From an uncultured Actinomycetes bacterium (lineage in GTDB: Bacteria; Actinomycetota; Actinomycetes; Nanopelagicales; Nanopelagicaceae): a stretch of 64,000 nucleotides of DNA. A program made the translations under genes and the position numbers. The stretch is from NCBI GenBank assembly GCA_903919375.1, contig CAIXHZ010000067.1, positions 10,291 to 74,290 on the forward strand, given 5' to 3'. Below the pieces are notes generated by a model. The model saw nothing but the letters and a program-made list of their open reading frames with translations, was not told the DNA's origin and searched no databases. Of the stretch, positions 63,920 through 64,000 are shown one piece after another (the stretch's first letter is position 1; each line of letters begins with the position of its first letter).

Positions 63920-64000
63920 ATGTACGAAGTAGCCGCACTACCCCGCCCCATCGCTTCGGCATGGGAGTGGCAGCAAGACGCTGCCTGCCGCGACCTACCC
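63920..64000 (+). CDS. whiB: WhiB family regulator, WhiB3/WhiD-like, 5' part only (not in ORF track)
   Basis: MYEVAALPRPIASAWEWQQDAACRDLP matches the LP.P...W.WQ..AACR N-terminus; GGGAG RBS; divergent from guaB. Confidence 0.82.
   Translation, partial: MYEVAALPRPIASAWEWQQDAACRDLP

Overview
A gene-dense core-genome window with many ATGA/TAATG overlaps and very short intergenic gaps, from a streamlined actinobacterium. Gene set, order and compaction suggest the freshwater acI/Nanopelagicales group (inference). Contents in order: fdxA, GNAT-cysS, mshB, TetR; a long minus-strand block (LOG, sigma4-only protein, DUF3117, pepA, O-methyltransferase, htrA, tatB, mrp, MgtE-cytosolic protein + NRAMP, DMT, PHP, MarC); dapD; SpoIID/GT2/ugd; purK-purE-aquaporin-arsC; birA and acyl-CoA carboxylase; a ~15 kb nucleoside uptake/catabolism cluster; trpS, hlyC/corC, msiK with an msiK-type leader RNA; icd, mdh, folD, purH, purN, sucCD, pcrA; guaA-guaB3-guaB; and the start of a whiB gene. 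No mobile element, CRISPR array, rRNA or tRNA was seen. Four genes missing from the ORF track were read by hand (fdxA, DUF3117, accE, whiB). Best leads: (1) a long DERA-type deoC followed by a split ALDH16-like gene pair, a candidate acetaldehyde-channelling complex inside a nucleoside-catabolic module resembling the mammalian enzyme set; (2) solute-binding proteins with no lipobox; (3) a stand-alone ECF sigma region-4 protein near a locus that has lost sigE/rseA; (4) an IMPDH lacking its CBS domain; (5) pervasive leaderless and back-to-back promoters. All family calls come from recognised motifs and recalled synteny; no database search was run.
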